Part shown: piece after piece, positions 45,477 to 56,227 of the stretch | Layout: each line of letters opens with the position of its first letter | How positions within the stretch are numbered: position 1 is the first letter of the stretch | Source: Escherichia coli | Lineage (GTDB): Bacteria; Pseudomonadota; Gammaproteobacteria; Enterobacterales; Enterobacteriaceae | Assembly (NCBI RefSeq): GCF_041248615.1 | Contig: NZ_CP158426.1 | DNA: 64,000 nucleotides | Reading direction: 5' to 3' (one strand) | Notes under the pieces: generated by a model | Seen by the model: the letters and a program-made list of their open reading frames with translations, nothing else | Database searches by the model: none | What the model was told of the DNA's origin: nothing | Position numbers and translations under genes: made by a program

Positions 45477-47102
45477 ATGAATATTTTCACAGAGGCTGCA
45501 AAACTCGAAGAGCAAAATTGTCCGTTTGCTATGGCGCAAATTGTTGATAGCCGAGGCTCGACTCCCCGCCATTCTGCACAAATGTTAGTGCGCGCCGATG
45601 GTTCTATCGTCGGTACAATTGGTGGCGGAATGGTTGAGCGGAAGGTGATTGAAGAGTCGCTTCAGGCATTGCAGGAACGTAAGCCGCGATTATTCCATGG
45701 ACGTATGGCTCGTAACGGTGCGGATGCTGTCGGGTCAGATTGTGGAGGTGCAATGTCAGTATTTATCAGCGTCCATGGTATGCGTCCACGTCTGGTGTTG
45801 ATTGGCGCGGGGCATGTCAACCGGGCGATAGCCCAGAGTGCGGCGCTATTAGGATTTGATATTGCCGTTGCTGATATTTATCGCGAAAGCCTCAATCCTG
45901 AACTATTCCCACCATCAACCACGCTTCTCCATGCTGAGTCGTTTGGTGCGGCAGTGGAAGCACTGGATATTCGCCCTGATAATTTTGTCCTGATTGCCAC
46001 GAATAATCAGGATCGTGAAGCCCTCGACAAACTCATTGAACAGCCCATTGCATGGTTGGGGTTGCTGGCAAGTCGTCGCAAGGTTCAGCTTTTCCTGCGT
46101 CAATTGCGTGAGAAAGGCGTGGCTGAAGAACATATTGCCCGTTTACATGCGCCCGTTGGTTACAACATAGGTGCGGAAACGCCGCAGGAGATCGCCATCA
46201 GCGTGCTGGCAGAAATATTACAGGTGAAAAATAACGCGCCGGGTGGGCTGATGATGAAACCTTCTCATCCTTCCGGACACCAGCTGGTGGTGATTCGCGG
46301 TGCGGGAGATATCGCCAGTGGTGTGGCGCTACGTCTGTATCATGCGGGTTTTAAAGTGATCATGCTGGAAGTGGAAAAACCGACAGTGATTCGTTGTACC
46401 GTGGCGTTTGCCCAGGCCGTGTTCGATGGCGAAATGACGGTCGAAGGCGTCACTGCTCGCCTGGCAACCAGCTCTGCGGAAGCGATGAAACTTACCGAAC
46501 GCGGATTCATTCCTGTGATGGTAGATCCCGCCTGTTCATTGCTTGATGAACTGAAACCGCTTTGCGTGGTGGACGCTATTCTGGCGAAACAGAATTTGGG
46601 AACGCGGGCAGATATGGCACCAGTAACAATCGCGCTTGGGCCGGGCTTTACTGCTGGGAAGGATTGTCATGCGGTAATTGAAACAAATCGCGGGCACTGG
46701 CTCGGTCAGGTGATTTACTCTGGTTGTGCGCAGGAGAATACCGGTGTTCCTGGCAATATTATGGGGCATACCACCCGACGGGTGATCCGTGCTCCTGCTG
46801 CAGGCATTATGCGATCCAACGTGAAATTAGGCGATCTGGTGAAAGAGGGCGATGTGATTGCCTGGATTGGTGAGCATGAAATTAAAGCACCGTTGACGGG
46901 GATGGTGCGTGGCTTGTTGAACGACGGCCTGGCAGTGGTTGGTGGTTTTAAAATTGGTGATATCGATCCTCGTGGTGAAACCGCTGATTTCACCAGCGTT
47001 TCTGATAAAGCCCGGGCGATTGGCGGCGGCGTACTTGAGGCGTTAATGATGTTGATGCATCAGGGCGTGAAAGCGACAAAAGAAGTGCTGGAAGTGGCTT
47101 AA
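45477..47102 (+). CDS. yqeB: XdhC/CoxI-family accessory protein YqeB (selenium-dependent molybdenum hydroxylase system)
   Basis: 541-aa ORF MNIFTEAAKLEEQNCPFAMAQIVDSRGSTPRHSA... Confidence 0.9.
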   Translation: MNIFTEAAKLEEQNCPFAMAQIVDSRGSTPRHSAQMLVRADGSIVGTIGGGMVERKVIEESLQALQERKPRLFHGRMARNGADAVGSDCGGAMSVFISVHGMRPRLVLIGAGHVNRAIAQSAALLGFDIAVADIYRESLNPELFPPSTTLLHAESFGAAVEALDIRPDNFVLIATNNQDREALDKLIEQPIAWLGLLASRRKVQLFLRQLREKGVAEEHIARLHAPVGYNIGAETPQEIAISVLAEILQVKNNAPGGLMMKPSHPSGHQLVVIRGAGDIASGVALRLYHAGFKVIMLEVEKPTVIRCTVAFAQAVFDGEMTVEGVTARLATSSAEAMKLTERGFIPVMVDPACSLLDELKPLCVVDAILAKQNLGTRADMAPVTIALGPGFTAGKDCHAVIETNRGHWLGQVIYSGCAQENTGVPGNIMGHTTRRVIRAPAAGIMRSNVKLGDLVKEGDVIAWIGEHEIKAPLTGMVRGLLNDGLAVVGGFKIGDIDPRGETADFTSVSDKARAIGGGVLEALMMLMHQGVKATKEVLEVA

Positions 47103-47109
47103 ATGAAAA

Positions 47110-47317
47110 TGGCCGGATGGTATTACCCACCCGGCCTGAGACTGATGACAAACGCCAAATTGCCTGATGCGCTACGCTTATCAGGCCTACAAGTGCATTG
47201 CAATCTATTGAATTTGCGATGTTTTGTAGGACGGATAAGGCGCTCGCGCCGCATCCGGCATCAACAAAGCGCACTTACTTGACAATCTTTGGCCGGATGG
47301 TATTACCCACCCGGCCT
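47110..47317. repeat. BIME-like unit: two inverted REP elements (47161-47190, 47226-47260) flanked by a 28-bp perfect direct repeat
   Basis: tggccggatggtattacccacccggcct at 47110-47137 and again at 47290-47317; REP consensus between (gcctgatgcgctacgcttatcaggcctac / gtaggacggataaggcgctcgcgccgcatccggca). Confidence 0.75.
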
Positions 47318-47322
47318 TTAAA

Positions 47323-48255
47323 TTACTGACAAATCACCGTTCCTGTTTTGCCTTCAATCCCTTCTTTCGCTTTGCTCAATACGGTAATCAGTGCTTCACG
47401 ACCTGCGCGAGAGCGAGCAAACGAGGCGGCAGCTTCCACTTTAGGCAGCATAGAACCTTTCGCAAAATGACCTTCTTCGATAAAGCGTTCAGCATCACTT
47501 AATGACAGGCGATCGAGCCACTGTTCATTCTCTTTACCGAAGTTAATGGCCACTTTTTCTACCGCAGTCAGAATGATCAGCATATCGGCATCAATCATTT
47601 CTGCTAAACGGGCGCTGGCCCAGTCTTTATCGATAACCGCGCTGGCACCACGCAGATGGTTACCTTCACGAATAACAGGGATACCACCACCGCCAACGGT
47701 GATCACCACCTGACCTGCATCTACCAGAGCTTTAACCGTTTCTTTTTCAATGATATCAACCGGTTTTGGCGAGGCAACAACACGGCGATAGCCGCGACCA
47801 GCATCTTCTTTCAGAGTGTAACCCTGTTTTGTCAGTTGCTCTGCTTCTTGCTCGGTAAAGAACGAACCGATCGGCTTGGTCGGGTTGAGGAATGCCGGAT
47901 CGTTAGCGTCGACTTCGACCTGAGTAACCAGCGTTGCTACAGGTTTATTAATGCCCCGAGAAAGCAGTTCTTCTCTTAAAGCGTTTTGTAGATCGTAACC
48001 AATATAACCCTGGCTTAATGCAACACAGACAGACATCGGCAGCATTGGCGAGTGCGCTTCAGTTTTTGCGGCAGCTTCAAAGGCCTGGTTAATCATGCCC
48101 ACCTGCGGCCCGTTACCATGAGTGACGATAACTTCATGTCCCTGGGCAATTAAATCAACAATTGCCTGAGAAGTAATTTTTACCGCTTTCATTTGCCCGG
48201 CCAGGTCATCGCCCAGCGCATTCCCGCCCAGGGCGAGAACAATTTTCTTACTCAT
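47323..48255 (-). CDS. yqeA: carbamate kinase-like protein
   Basis: 310-aa ORF MSKKIVLALGGNALGDDLAGQMKAV... Confidence 0.93.
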   Translation of the reverse strand: MSKKIVLALGGNALGDDLAGQMKAVKITSQAIVDLIAQGHEVIVTHGNGPQVGMINQAFEAAAKTEAHSPMLPMSVCVALSQGYIGYDLQNALREELLSRGINKPVATLVTQVEVDANDPAFLNPTKPIGSFFTEQEAEQLTKQGYTLKEDAGRGYRRVVASPKPVDIIEKETVKALVDAGQVVITVGGGGIPVIREGNHLRGASAVIDKDWASARLAEMIDADMLIILTAVEKVAINFGKENEQWLDRLSLSDAERFIEEGHFAKGSMLPKVEAAASFARSRAGREALITVLSKAKEGIEGKTGTVICQ

Positions 48256-48302
48256 TTTTCCTCACTCATCATTCTTGATTGTGTATAGATCCCTGGCAGT
48301 GG

Positions 48303-49688
48303 TTAGAGCACGGGAGGGACAAACGGTTTGCGTCGCAGGAAACGACCTCGCCCGGCTTTGCCTGTAAAGGTGCCGTCACAGAAAATCGTTTCACCACGGG
48401 ATAAGGTTCTGACAATCGCGCCCTGACAGGTAAAACCCTCCCATGGCGAGTAGTCGGCGTTGTCGTGGAGATGGCGATGCTGAATTTGTTGGCTCTGACG
48501 TGGGTCGATAATCACCACGTCGCCGTCGGAACCGGGCGCTAATAATCCTTTTTGCGGCCACAGGCCAAACAACCTGGCGGGCATTGCGCTGGTTAATTCA
48601 ACAAAGCGTTCCGGTGTTATACGTCCCGTCATCACGCCACTGGAAAACAGTAACTGCATGCGGTTTTCCACACCGGGTAAGCCATTTGGGCAGCGACTGA
48701 AATCGCCTTTAGAAATTTGCAGGCGTTGAGCCATCGAGAAGGTGCAGTGATCGGTTGCCACCACGTCAATCGCACCATCGCTGATGCCACACCACAGTTT
48801 GTCCTGCTCGCGTACGTTACGCAGCGGTGGGCTAAGAATGAACTTCATGCCATCTTCTGTATCGTAACTGCGTTCGTCCAACAGGAGATATTGTGGGCAG
48901 GTTTCAACCCAGACTGGCTGGTGATTCGCACGGGCAAGACGCAGATAATCCAGACCTAAGCCGTTAGACAGGTGCACGATATAGAGCGGGGCGTTACCGG
49001 CAATTTGTGCCAGGTTAATCATGCGGGCGATGGCTTCCGCTTCGCATTCCAGAGGGCGACTCAAGGCATGATAGCGCGGCGCGGTTAACCCTGCGGCGAT
49101 AAATTCCGCCCGCTTGCTGGCGATAGCCGCATCATTTTCCGGGTGCACGGTGGTCAGCGCGCCGGATTCATGCAAGCGGCGTAATGCCTGCAAAACCTCG
49201 TCATCGTTGAGTTTGTATTGATAGGTTAAATAGAGTTTAAAACTGCTCAGTCCTTCCTCGACCATCATCGGGATTTCGTCGAGGATTGCGTGATTAATGT
49301 GCTGGATCACACCGTGAAAGCTGTAATCGATGACCGCTTTATGGGCGGCATAACCACGATAAACCTCCAGTTGATGGCGTAACCGACAGCCGTTTGGGCC
49401 AAATCCCATATGGTCAATAATGGTTGTTGTACCGCCACACGCAGCTGCGCGGGTACCGGTAAAAAAATCATCACAACTGCGCGCGATGCCGACATCAATA
49501 TTGAAATGCGTATGGACATCCACGCCGCCAGGGAAAACGTAACAGCCAGTGGCATCAATTTCTTCATACGGGAGCTGCGGCGAAATATTGTTGCCCAACT
49601 GGCGAACAATCCCGCTTTCAATCAGCAAATCCTGTTTGGCTTGTCCATCTGCGTTAACGACAGTGCCGTTTTTGATCAATACGCGCAT
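48303..49688 (-). CDS. hyuA: D-phenylhydantoinase / dihydropyrimidinase-family amidohydrolase
   Basis: ORF track 48303..49700; start refined to MRVLIKNGTVVNADG (461 aa). Confidence 0.92.
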   Translation of the reverse strand: MRVLIKNGTVVNADGQAKQDLLIESGIVRQLGNNISPQLPYEEIDATGCYVFPGGVDVHTHFNIDVGIARSCDDFFTGTRAAACGGTTTIIDHMGFGPNGCRLRHQLEVYRGYAAHKAVIDYSFHGVIQHINHAILDEIPMMVEEGLSSFKLYLTYQYKLNDDEVLQALRRLHESGALTTVHPENDAAIASKRAEFIAAGLTAPRYHALSRPLECEAEAIARMINLAQIAGNAPLYIVHLSNGLGLDYLRLARANHQPVWVETCPQYLLLDERSYDTEDGMKFILSPPLRNVREQDKLWCGISDGAIDVVATDHCTFSMAQRLQISKGDFSRCPNGLPGVENRMQLLFSSGVMTGRITPERFVELTSAMPARLFGLWPQKGLLAPGSDGDVVIIDPRQSQQIQHRHLHDNADYSPWEGFTCQGAIVRTLSRGETIFCDGTFTGKAGRGRFLRRKPFVPPVL

Positions 49689-49740
49689 AGCAAACTCCAA
49701 AAACCCTCCGGCGAACCGGAGGGGAATAAGTGAAGAGTAA

Positions 49741-50952
49741 TTACTCTGTTGCCAGCCAGCTTAACGGGATTGCAGCGTACATCGCGGCACAGGTCACCAG
49801 GTGAGATTTCCAGGTTTTTTCGTTAGGTGCATGCGCTTCAGGTTCTTTACCCGGGCCAAAGCCGATCACCGGAATGCCGTGACGGCCCATGATAGATACG
49901 CCGTTAGTTGAGAAGGTCCACTTATCAACAACCGGCGCTTTGCCAAACAGCCCTTCGTAGGCATTCACCAGTGCTTTAACGGTGAAGTGATCTTCTTCCA
50001 CTTTCCAGGTCGGGAAGTAGCATTCGGTTGGGTAAACCAGGCCAGTCCAGGACGGACGGTCGTAGTTGTACATAGAAACAACCGCGTTAGCTTTCTGTAC
50101 TGCAGGCAGGGCGCGGATTTCGTCCAGCGCGCCTTCCCAGGTTTCGCCCCAGGTCAGACGACGGTCGATTGAAACTGCGCAGCTGTCTGCTACAGCGCAA
50201 CGGCTTGGGGATGTGAAGAAGATTTCAGAAACGGTGAGGGTGCCTTTGCCGAGGAATTCGTCATAACCCAGACGTTGGGAGAGTTCTTGTAATTCGCCAA
50301 GAATCGGACCCATTTTGAAAATGGCGTTATCACCGCGTTCTGGTGCAGAACCGTGGCAGCTAACACCCTGAACATCAATACGAATTTCCATACGACCGCG
50401 CTGACCACGGTATACCTGGCAGTCGGTTGGTTCGGTACTGACCACAAATTCCGGGCGAATGCCGGATTGTTCAATAATGTACTGCCAGCACAGACCGTCG
50501 CAGTCTTCTTCCTGCACCGTACCGGTAACCAGCAGGGTATATTCATCTTCCAGACCGAGGTCTTTAATGATTTTACCGGCATAAACCATAGAGGCCATGC
50601 CACCTTCCTGGTCGGAAGTACCGCGACCACCAATCAGTTCATCAGTTTCCATGCCTTCGTACGGATCGAAGTCCCAGTTTTTGATGTTGCCAATGCCGAC
50701 GGTATCGATATGAGCGTCCATTGCCACCAGACGCGGGCCGTGGCCGATATAACCGAGAACGTTGCCCATCGGGTCGATTTCAACTTTATCGAAGCCGACT
50801 TTTTCCATCTCTTCTTTAATACGATGTACTACGCGTTTCTCGTCGCAGCTTTCACTGGGAATAGCAACCATGTCGCGCAGGAAGCGAGTCATATCCGCCT
50901 GGTAATCTTTTGCTTTTTCAAGAATCAGTTTGAATGGAATATTCTTAGCCAT
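49741..50952 (-). CDS. ygeY: M20-family peptidase/deacylase YgeY
   Basis: 403-aa [38 protein letters not shown]... Confidence 0.92.
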
Positions 50953-51009
50953 TATTTTTCTCCAGATTTTTTACTCCCCGTTTTGCAGGGAGCAGTTCCA
51001 ATAGGGTGA

Positions 51010-52206
51010 TTAAGGTGCTACAGCGTGTTTGCCTTCCCAGACAACTTCGCGGTAGTGCTTCACGTCGGTGTCGCCTTCAGTGCTGATAACCAGCACCACG
51101 GCATCTTTGTTCAGCGCCAGTTTTTCCATCAGGCTTTGACGTTGCGGGTGATAATGAACCGCTGCGAGAACGCCCAAACCGACAGCGCCGGATTCACCGG
51201 AGATGATGCGCGGGTCGTTGCCGTACGGATTACCCAGCACGCGCATACCTAATGCGGCAACGCTGTCCTGGCAGGAGATGAATTGGGTGGCGCAGTTACG
51301 TAGGATTTCCCAGCCCAGCGGGTTAGGTTCGCCACAGGCCAGGCCTGCCATGATGGTGGCCATATCACCGCCAACGTTGACGATGTCGCCTTTGACGCCG
51401 GAGCGATAAATACAGTCAGCTTTGTCAGGTTCAACAATAATGCTGTGCAGATTTTGCGGGCTATAGACGTCGACCAGATAACCCAGCACACCACCGGCCA
51501 TTGCTCCGACACCGGCTTGCAGCAGAACGTGCGTCGGGGTTACGCCCATTTCACGCATTTGCTCGACGGCTTCATCTGCCAGGGTTGCGTAGCCTTGCAT
51601 GATCCAGGTTGGGATTTTGGTGTAACCTTCCCATGCCGTGTCCTGTACCACTTCCCAGCCGTGCTGCTGCGCGTGTTGCATGGTCAGGCGAACGGTATCG
51701 TCATAGTTCATATCCGTGACGATGCACTCGGCACCGAGGTTCAGAATGGCGTCAACGCGTTCCTGAGCAGAACCTTTCGGCATGTAAATCACCGCATTCT
51801 GTCCGAGTTGCTGTGCTGCCCACGCCACACCGCGCCCGTGGTTGCCGTCGGTGGTGGTCGCGAAAGTCATTTTTTCGCCGATGGCATTTTTCAGGTGCTC
51901 AAATGACAGCGTTTCGATATCAAGATGATATTTTTCACACAATAATTGAGCGATGGCGTACGCACCGCCAAGCATTTTGAAGGCGTTCAGACCGAATCGT
52001 TTTGATTCGTCTTTGACGAGAATTTTCTTCACACCAAAAAGGTTTGCGAGATCGTCCAGCGCACAAAGCGGTGTTGGGCGATAACCAGCTATTTTCTGGT
52101 GGAACTGGCGCGCCAGTTTGGCCTGGCTTTGCGAAAAGAGCGGTGATGTTTCGCCGTTGAAAAATTTGTTATCGGCGATATCAATCTTCAATGAGAAAAC
52201 GGACAT
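51010..52206 (-). CDS. ygeX: diaminopropionate ammonia-lyase (PLP-dependent)
   Basis: 398-aa ORF MSVFSLKIDIADNKFFNGETSPLFS... Confidence 0.92.
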   Translation of the reverse strand: MSVFSLKIDIADNKFFNGETSPLFSQSQAKLARQFHQKIAGYRPTPLCALDDLANLFGVKKILVKDESKRFGLNAFKMLGGAYAIAQLLCEKYHLDIETLSFEHLKNAIGEKMTFATTTDGNHGRGVAWAAQQLGQNAVIYMPKGSAQERVDAILNLGAECIVTDMNYDDTVRLTMQHAQQHGWEVVQDTAWEGYTKIPTWIMQGYATLADEAVEQMREMGVTPTHVLLQAGVGAMAGGVLGYLVDVYSPQNLHSIIVEPDKADCIYRSGVKGDIVNVGGDMATIMAGLACGEPNPLGWEILRNCATQFISCQDSVAALGMRVLGNPYGNDPRIISGESGAVGLGVLAAVHYHPQRQSLMEKLALNKDAVVLVISTEGDTDVKHYREVVWEGKHAVAP

Positions 52207-52263
52207 ATCCTATCCTTTTGGCCTCTGGAAATAGAGGGCCGACCAGCTGATCGGCCCGAGGGG

Positions 52264-53454
52264 TTATTTCACGCGTTCTTGCGCTTCTTTCAGCAGTTGC
52301 TCGAGCAGTGCACCTGGTTTGGCGTATTTACGGGACAGGATCATCGCGGCGATGATATAAGGCTTCCAGCTGGCTTCTTTGTAGGTAGCGATACGGTATT
52401 TTTCGAATACGCCTTCAGTCACTTCACCTTCTTTACAGGATACGCCGCTGATATCAGCTGGCAGGCAGTGCATGTACAGGGCTTCGCCATCACGGGTCAG
52501 TTCCATCATCTCTTCAGTACAATGCCAGTCTTTGTGTTGCGCGTTCTGTGCCAGACACTGTTTTTCCAGTGCTTTTAAGCCTTCGTGATCGTTCGCACGC
52601 AGCAATTCAGTACGCTCTTCCATCACTTTGTAAGGTGCCCATGACTTCGGATAAACGATGTCTGCGTCTTTGAAGGCTTCTTCCATGCTGGTGACCTGAC
52701 GGAAGCTACCACCGGAGGCTTTAGCATTGTTTTTCGCCACTTCAACCACATCCGGGATCAGGTCGTAGCCTTCCGGATGGGCCAGGGTGACATCCATACC
52801 GAAGCGAGTCATCAGACCGATGATGCCTTGTGGTACAGAGAGCGGTTTGCCATAGCTTGGAGAGTAGGCCCAGGTCATGGCGATTTTTTTACCTTTCAGG
52901 TTTTCCAGTGAACCAAAGTGTTCACGTAACCACGCGAGGTCAGCCATTGACTGAGTCGGGTGGTCAATATCGCATTGCAGGTTCACTAAAGCCGGACGCT
53001 GTGGCAGTACACCCTGCTTGTAACCGTCATCAAGTGCAGCGCCAACTTCACGCATATAGGCGTTGCCTGCGCCCAGATACATATCGTCGCGAATACCAAT
53101 AGCGTCGGCGCAGAAGGAGATCATATTGGCGGTTTCACGCACGGTTTCGCCGTGAGCGATTTGTGATTTGCCTTCGTCGAGATCTTGTTGTGCAAGGCCG
53201 AGCAGGTTAAGCGCGGAAGCATAAGAGAAGCGGGTACGGGTGGAGTTGTCGCGGAATACGGAAATACCTAATCCACTATTAAAGACTTTGGTTGAGATGT
53301 TTTCAGCACGCAGTGCTTTTAATGCTGCGGCAACGTCCAGTACTTGTTTCAGTTCATCTGGCGTCTGTTCCCACGTTAACAAAAAATCTTTCTCGTGAAG
53401 GTGAGAGGTCAGCGAATTGATATCCTTAATCAGCTCATTAACAGTTTTCATCAT
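52264..53454 (-). CDS. ygeW: carbamoyltransferase-like protein YgeW
   Basis: 396-aa ORF MMKTVNELIKDINSLTSHLHEKDFLLTWEQ... Confidence 0.92.
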   Translation of the reverse strand: MMKTVNELIKDINSLTSHLHEKDFLLTWEQTPDELKQVLDVAAALKALRAENISTKVFNSGLGISVFRDNSTRTRFSYASALNLLGLAQQDLDEGKSQIAHGETVRETANMISFCADAIGIRDDMYLGAGNAYMREVGAALDDGYKQGVLPQRPALVNLQCDIDHPTQSMADLAWLREHFGSLENLKGKKIAMTWAYSPSYGKPLSVPQGIIGLMTRFGMDVTLAHPEGYDLIPDVVEVAKNNAKASGGSFRQVTSMEEAFKDADIVYPKSWAPYKVMEERTELLRANDHEGLKALEKQCLAQNAQHKDWHCTEEMMELTRDGEALYMHCLPADISGVSCKEGEVTEGVFEKYRIATYKEASWKPYIIAAMILSRKYAKPGALLEQLLKEAQERVK

Positions 53455-53542
53455 AAAGTCCCGGTAGTGGAATGACAGGCAAAGTGGTTTATTTCACTGT
53501 GACTTGCCAAAGTGATTGGTGTTTTCACAGCTATACCTGGGA

Positions 53543-53560
53543 CTAACAATAAGTGTGCCA
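53543..53560 (-). promoter_or_regulatory. weak candidate sigma-54 promoter for the ygeW operon
   Basis: minus strand TGGCAC-actta-TTGTT; -24 element is good but the -12 has GT instead of GC; low confidence. Confidence 0.25.
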
Positions 53561-53929
53561 GAATTATCCGCGCGGCTGAAAAAGACTAATTTGACGGATA
53601 ATGTGTGGGGTTGATCACAAATTGATGCCAGCTTCTGGTTGTTTGTAAAATACGAAAACGTTTGGCTTTTTTTATCACGTTATTTATTTGCTGCTAAGTA
53701 TCAGAAATAAGATAAAGGGGCAGGCTATCTCTCTTCAGTTTGATAAACTCACCGCCGTAATTCTCATATTGATATAGAAATGTGATATCTCTTCCATAAT
53801 TTCATTAGAAAATGATAAAAATCTTATGTTTTTATCAAAGCCAATTTCGCCTGAGTTAATATCATCATGATCTGTGAACCATCAACGTCTTCAATGATCG
53901 ACTTTTAAGTAAGTCTGGAAGGTAAAGCT

Positions 53930-55708
53930 ATGGAGCTTGCTACTACGCAGTCAGTATTGATGCAAATTCAACCGACAATTCAGCGTTTTGCCAGAATGCT
54001 TGCCAGCGTTTTGCAGCTTGAGGTTGAGATCGTTGATGAAAACTTGTGTCGCGTTGCCGGAACGGGCGCGTATGGGAAGTTTCATGGTCGCCAGTTGAGC
54101 GGCAACTCACGCCTGCTCCGCCACGTCCTGGAAACGAAAACTGAAAAAGTTGTGACACAGTCTCGCTTCGATCCCCTTTGCGAAGGTTGCGATAGTAAAG
54201 AAAATTGCCGCGAAAAAGCATTTCTGGGTACGCCTGTCATTTTACAGGGTCGTTGTGTTGGGGTGATAAGTTTGATTGCCGTTACCCACGAGCAACAAGA
54301 GCATATCAGTGATAATTTACGCGAATTTTCTGATTATGTTCGCCATATATCCACCATTTTTGTTTCGAAACTTCTGGAGGAACAGGGGCCAGGAGATAAC
54401 ATCAGTAAAATATTTGCGACCATGATCGATAATATGGATCAGGGCGTATTAGTTGTAGATGATGAAAATCGGGTTCAGTTTGTTAATCAGACTGCCTTAA
54501 AAACACTTGGTGTTGTGCAAAATAATATTATTGGGAAACCTATCCGTTTCAGACCATTAACATTTGAGAGTAATTTTACCCATGGACATATGCAGCATAT
54601 TGTTTCATGGGACGATAAAAGTGAATTAATCATTGGTCAATTGCATAACATTCAGGGCCGACAATTATTTTTAATGGCGTTTCACCAATCGCATACCAGT
54701 TTTTCTGTAGCAAATGCACCTGATGAACCGCATATTGAACAATTGGTTGGCGAGTGCCGTGTTATGCGGCAATTAAAACGACTCATTAGCCGTATTGCAC
54801 CCAGCCCATCCAGCGTTATGGTGGTTGGTGAAAGCGGCACGGGTAAAGAAGTCGTCGCCCGTGCAATCCATAAGTTGAGCGGAAGACGGAATAAACCCTT
54901 TATTGCTATCAACTGTGCCGCGATTCCGGAGCAGCTTCTGGAGAGCGAACTGTTCGGTTATGTTAAAGGTGCATTTACTGGCGCTTCTGCCAACGGTAAA
55001 ACAGGGTTGATTCAGGCGGCGAATACGGGCACGCTGTTTCTCGATGAAATAGGTGATATGCCATTAATGTTGCAGGCTAAATTACTGCGCGCTATTGAGG
55101 CACGTGAAATTCTGCCGATTGGTGCCAGTAGCCCAATACAAGTCGACATTCGCATCATTTCTGCAACTAATCAGAATTTGGCCCAGTTCATTGCCGAAGG
55201 TAAATTCCGCGAAGATCTCTTCTACCGACTTAATGTTATCCCGATAACTCTGCCACCGCTGCGTGAACGTCAGGAAGATATTGAACTATTGGTGCATTAC
55301 TTTTTACATCTGCATACCCGTCGTCTGGGATCGGTTTATCCTGGCATTGCTCCCGATGTCGTCGAAATATTGCGTAAGCATCGTTGGCCCGGAAACCTGC
55401 GCGAGTTAAGCAATTTGATGGAATATCTGGTTAACGTGGTTCCTTCAGGTGAAGTTATCGACAGCACGCTATTGCCGCCAAATCTGCTGAATAATGGCAC
55501 AACGGAGCAAAGTGATGTAACAGAGGTCAGTGAGGCGCACCTGTCACTCGATGATGCGGGCGGCACGGCGCTGGAGGAGATGGAAAAGCAAATGATCCGC
55601 GAGGCGCTTTCACGTCATAACAGCAAGAAGCAAGTTGCTGATGAACTGGGCATCGGCATTGCTACGCTCTATCGCAAGATTAAGAAATATGAGTTGTTAA
55701 ACACATAA
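53930..55708 (+). CDS. ygeV: sigma-54-dependent transcriptional regulator (bacterial enhancer-binding protein)
   Basis: 592-aa ORF with AAA+ sigma-54 interaction domain (GESGTGKE, GAFTGA motifs) and C-terminal HTH. Confidence 0.93.
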   Translation: MELATTQSVLMQIQPTIQRFARMLASVLQLEVEIVDENLCRVAGTGAYGKFHGRQLSGNSRLLRHVLETKTEKVVTQSRFDPLCEGCDSKENCREKAFLGTPVILQGRCVGVISLIAVTHEQQEHISDNLREFSDYVRHISTIFVSKLLEEQGPGDNISKIFATMIDNMDQGVLVVDDENRVQFVNQTALKTLGVVQNNIIGKPIRFRPLTFESNFTHGHMQHIVSWDDKSELIIGQLHNIQGRQLFLMAFHQSHTSFSVANAPDEPHIEQLVGECRVMRQLKRLISRIAPSPSSVMVVGESGTGKEVVARAIHKLSGRRNKPFIAINCAAIPEQLLESELFGYVKGAFTGASANGKTGLIQAANTGTLFLDEIGDMPLMLQAKLLRAIEAREILPIGASSPIQVDIRIISATNQNLAQFIAEGKFREDLFYRLNVIPITLPPLRERQEDIELLVHYFLHLHTRRLGSVYPGIAPDVVEILRKHRWPGNLRELSNLMEYLVNVVPSGEVIDSTLLPPNLLNNGTTEQSDVTEVSEAHLSLDDAGGTALEEMEKQMIREALSRHNSKKQVADELGIGIATLYRKIKKYELLNT

Positions 55709-55718
55709 CCTCAGTGAA

Positions 55719-55745
55719 TCCGGCCTGAATTCAGGCCGGATATCC
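55719..55745. terminator. bidirectional terminator between convergent ygeV and xdhC
   Basis: perfect hairpin tccggcctga-at-tcaggccgga. Confidence 0.7.
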
Positions 55746-55747
55746 TT

Positions 55748-56227
55748 TTACTTCGTTTTCTCGCAATCCAGAACTGTATTTACAATCATCTGATACCCCG
55801 TGCAGCGACAAAGATTTCCCGCCAGTCCGCGACGAATTTCCGTAATGGTTAATGGCTTCTCGCGTGGTTTCGCCAGCATTGCCGTGGTAGCCATAATCAG
55901 GCCAGGCGTACAAAACCCGCACTGCACTGCGCCGGATTTCGCATAAGCCTGCTGAACATGAGAAAGTTTTCCGCCTTTCGCTTCACCTTCCAGCGTGCGG
56001 ATCTCTTTTCCTTCAGCCCAGGCGGCAAGGTATAAGCAACTGTCTATTGCTGTGCCGTCGACCAACACCGTACAGGCACCACATTCACCCACGCAGCACC
56101 CTTGTTTGACACTTAGCAGTCCTTGTTCGCGGAGTAATTCCGAGAGCGGCGTGCCTGGTGCGGCGTGAAGCTGAAAAGGCATCCCGTTAATGGTGCATTC
56201 GATGGTAATTGTTTCGCTGTGATTCAT
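55748..56227 (-). CDS. xdhC: xanthine dehydrogenase Fe-S subunit (2Fe-2S)
   Basis: 159-aa ORF with ferredoxin-type cysteine clusters ([17 protein letters not shown]). Confidence 0.93.
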
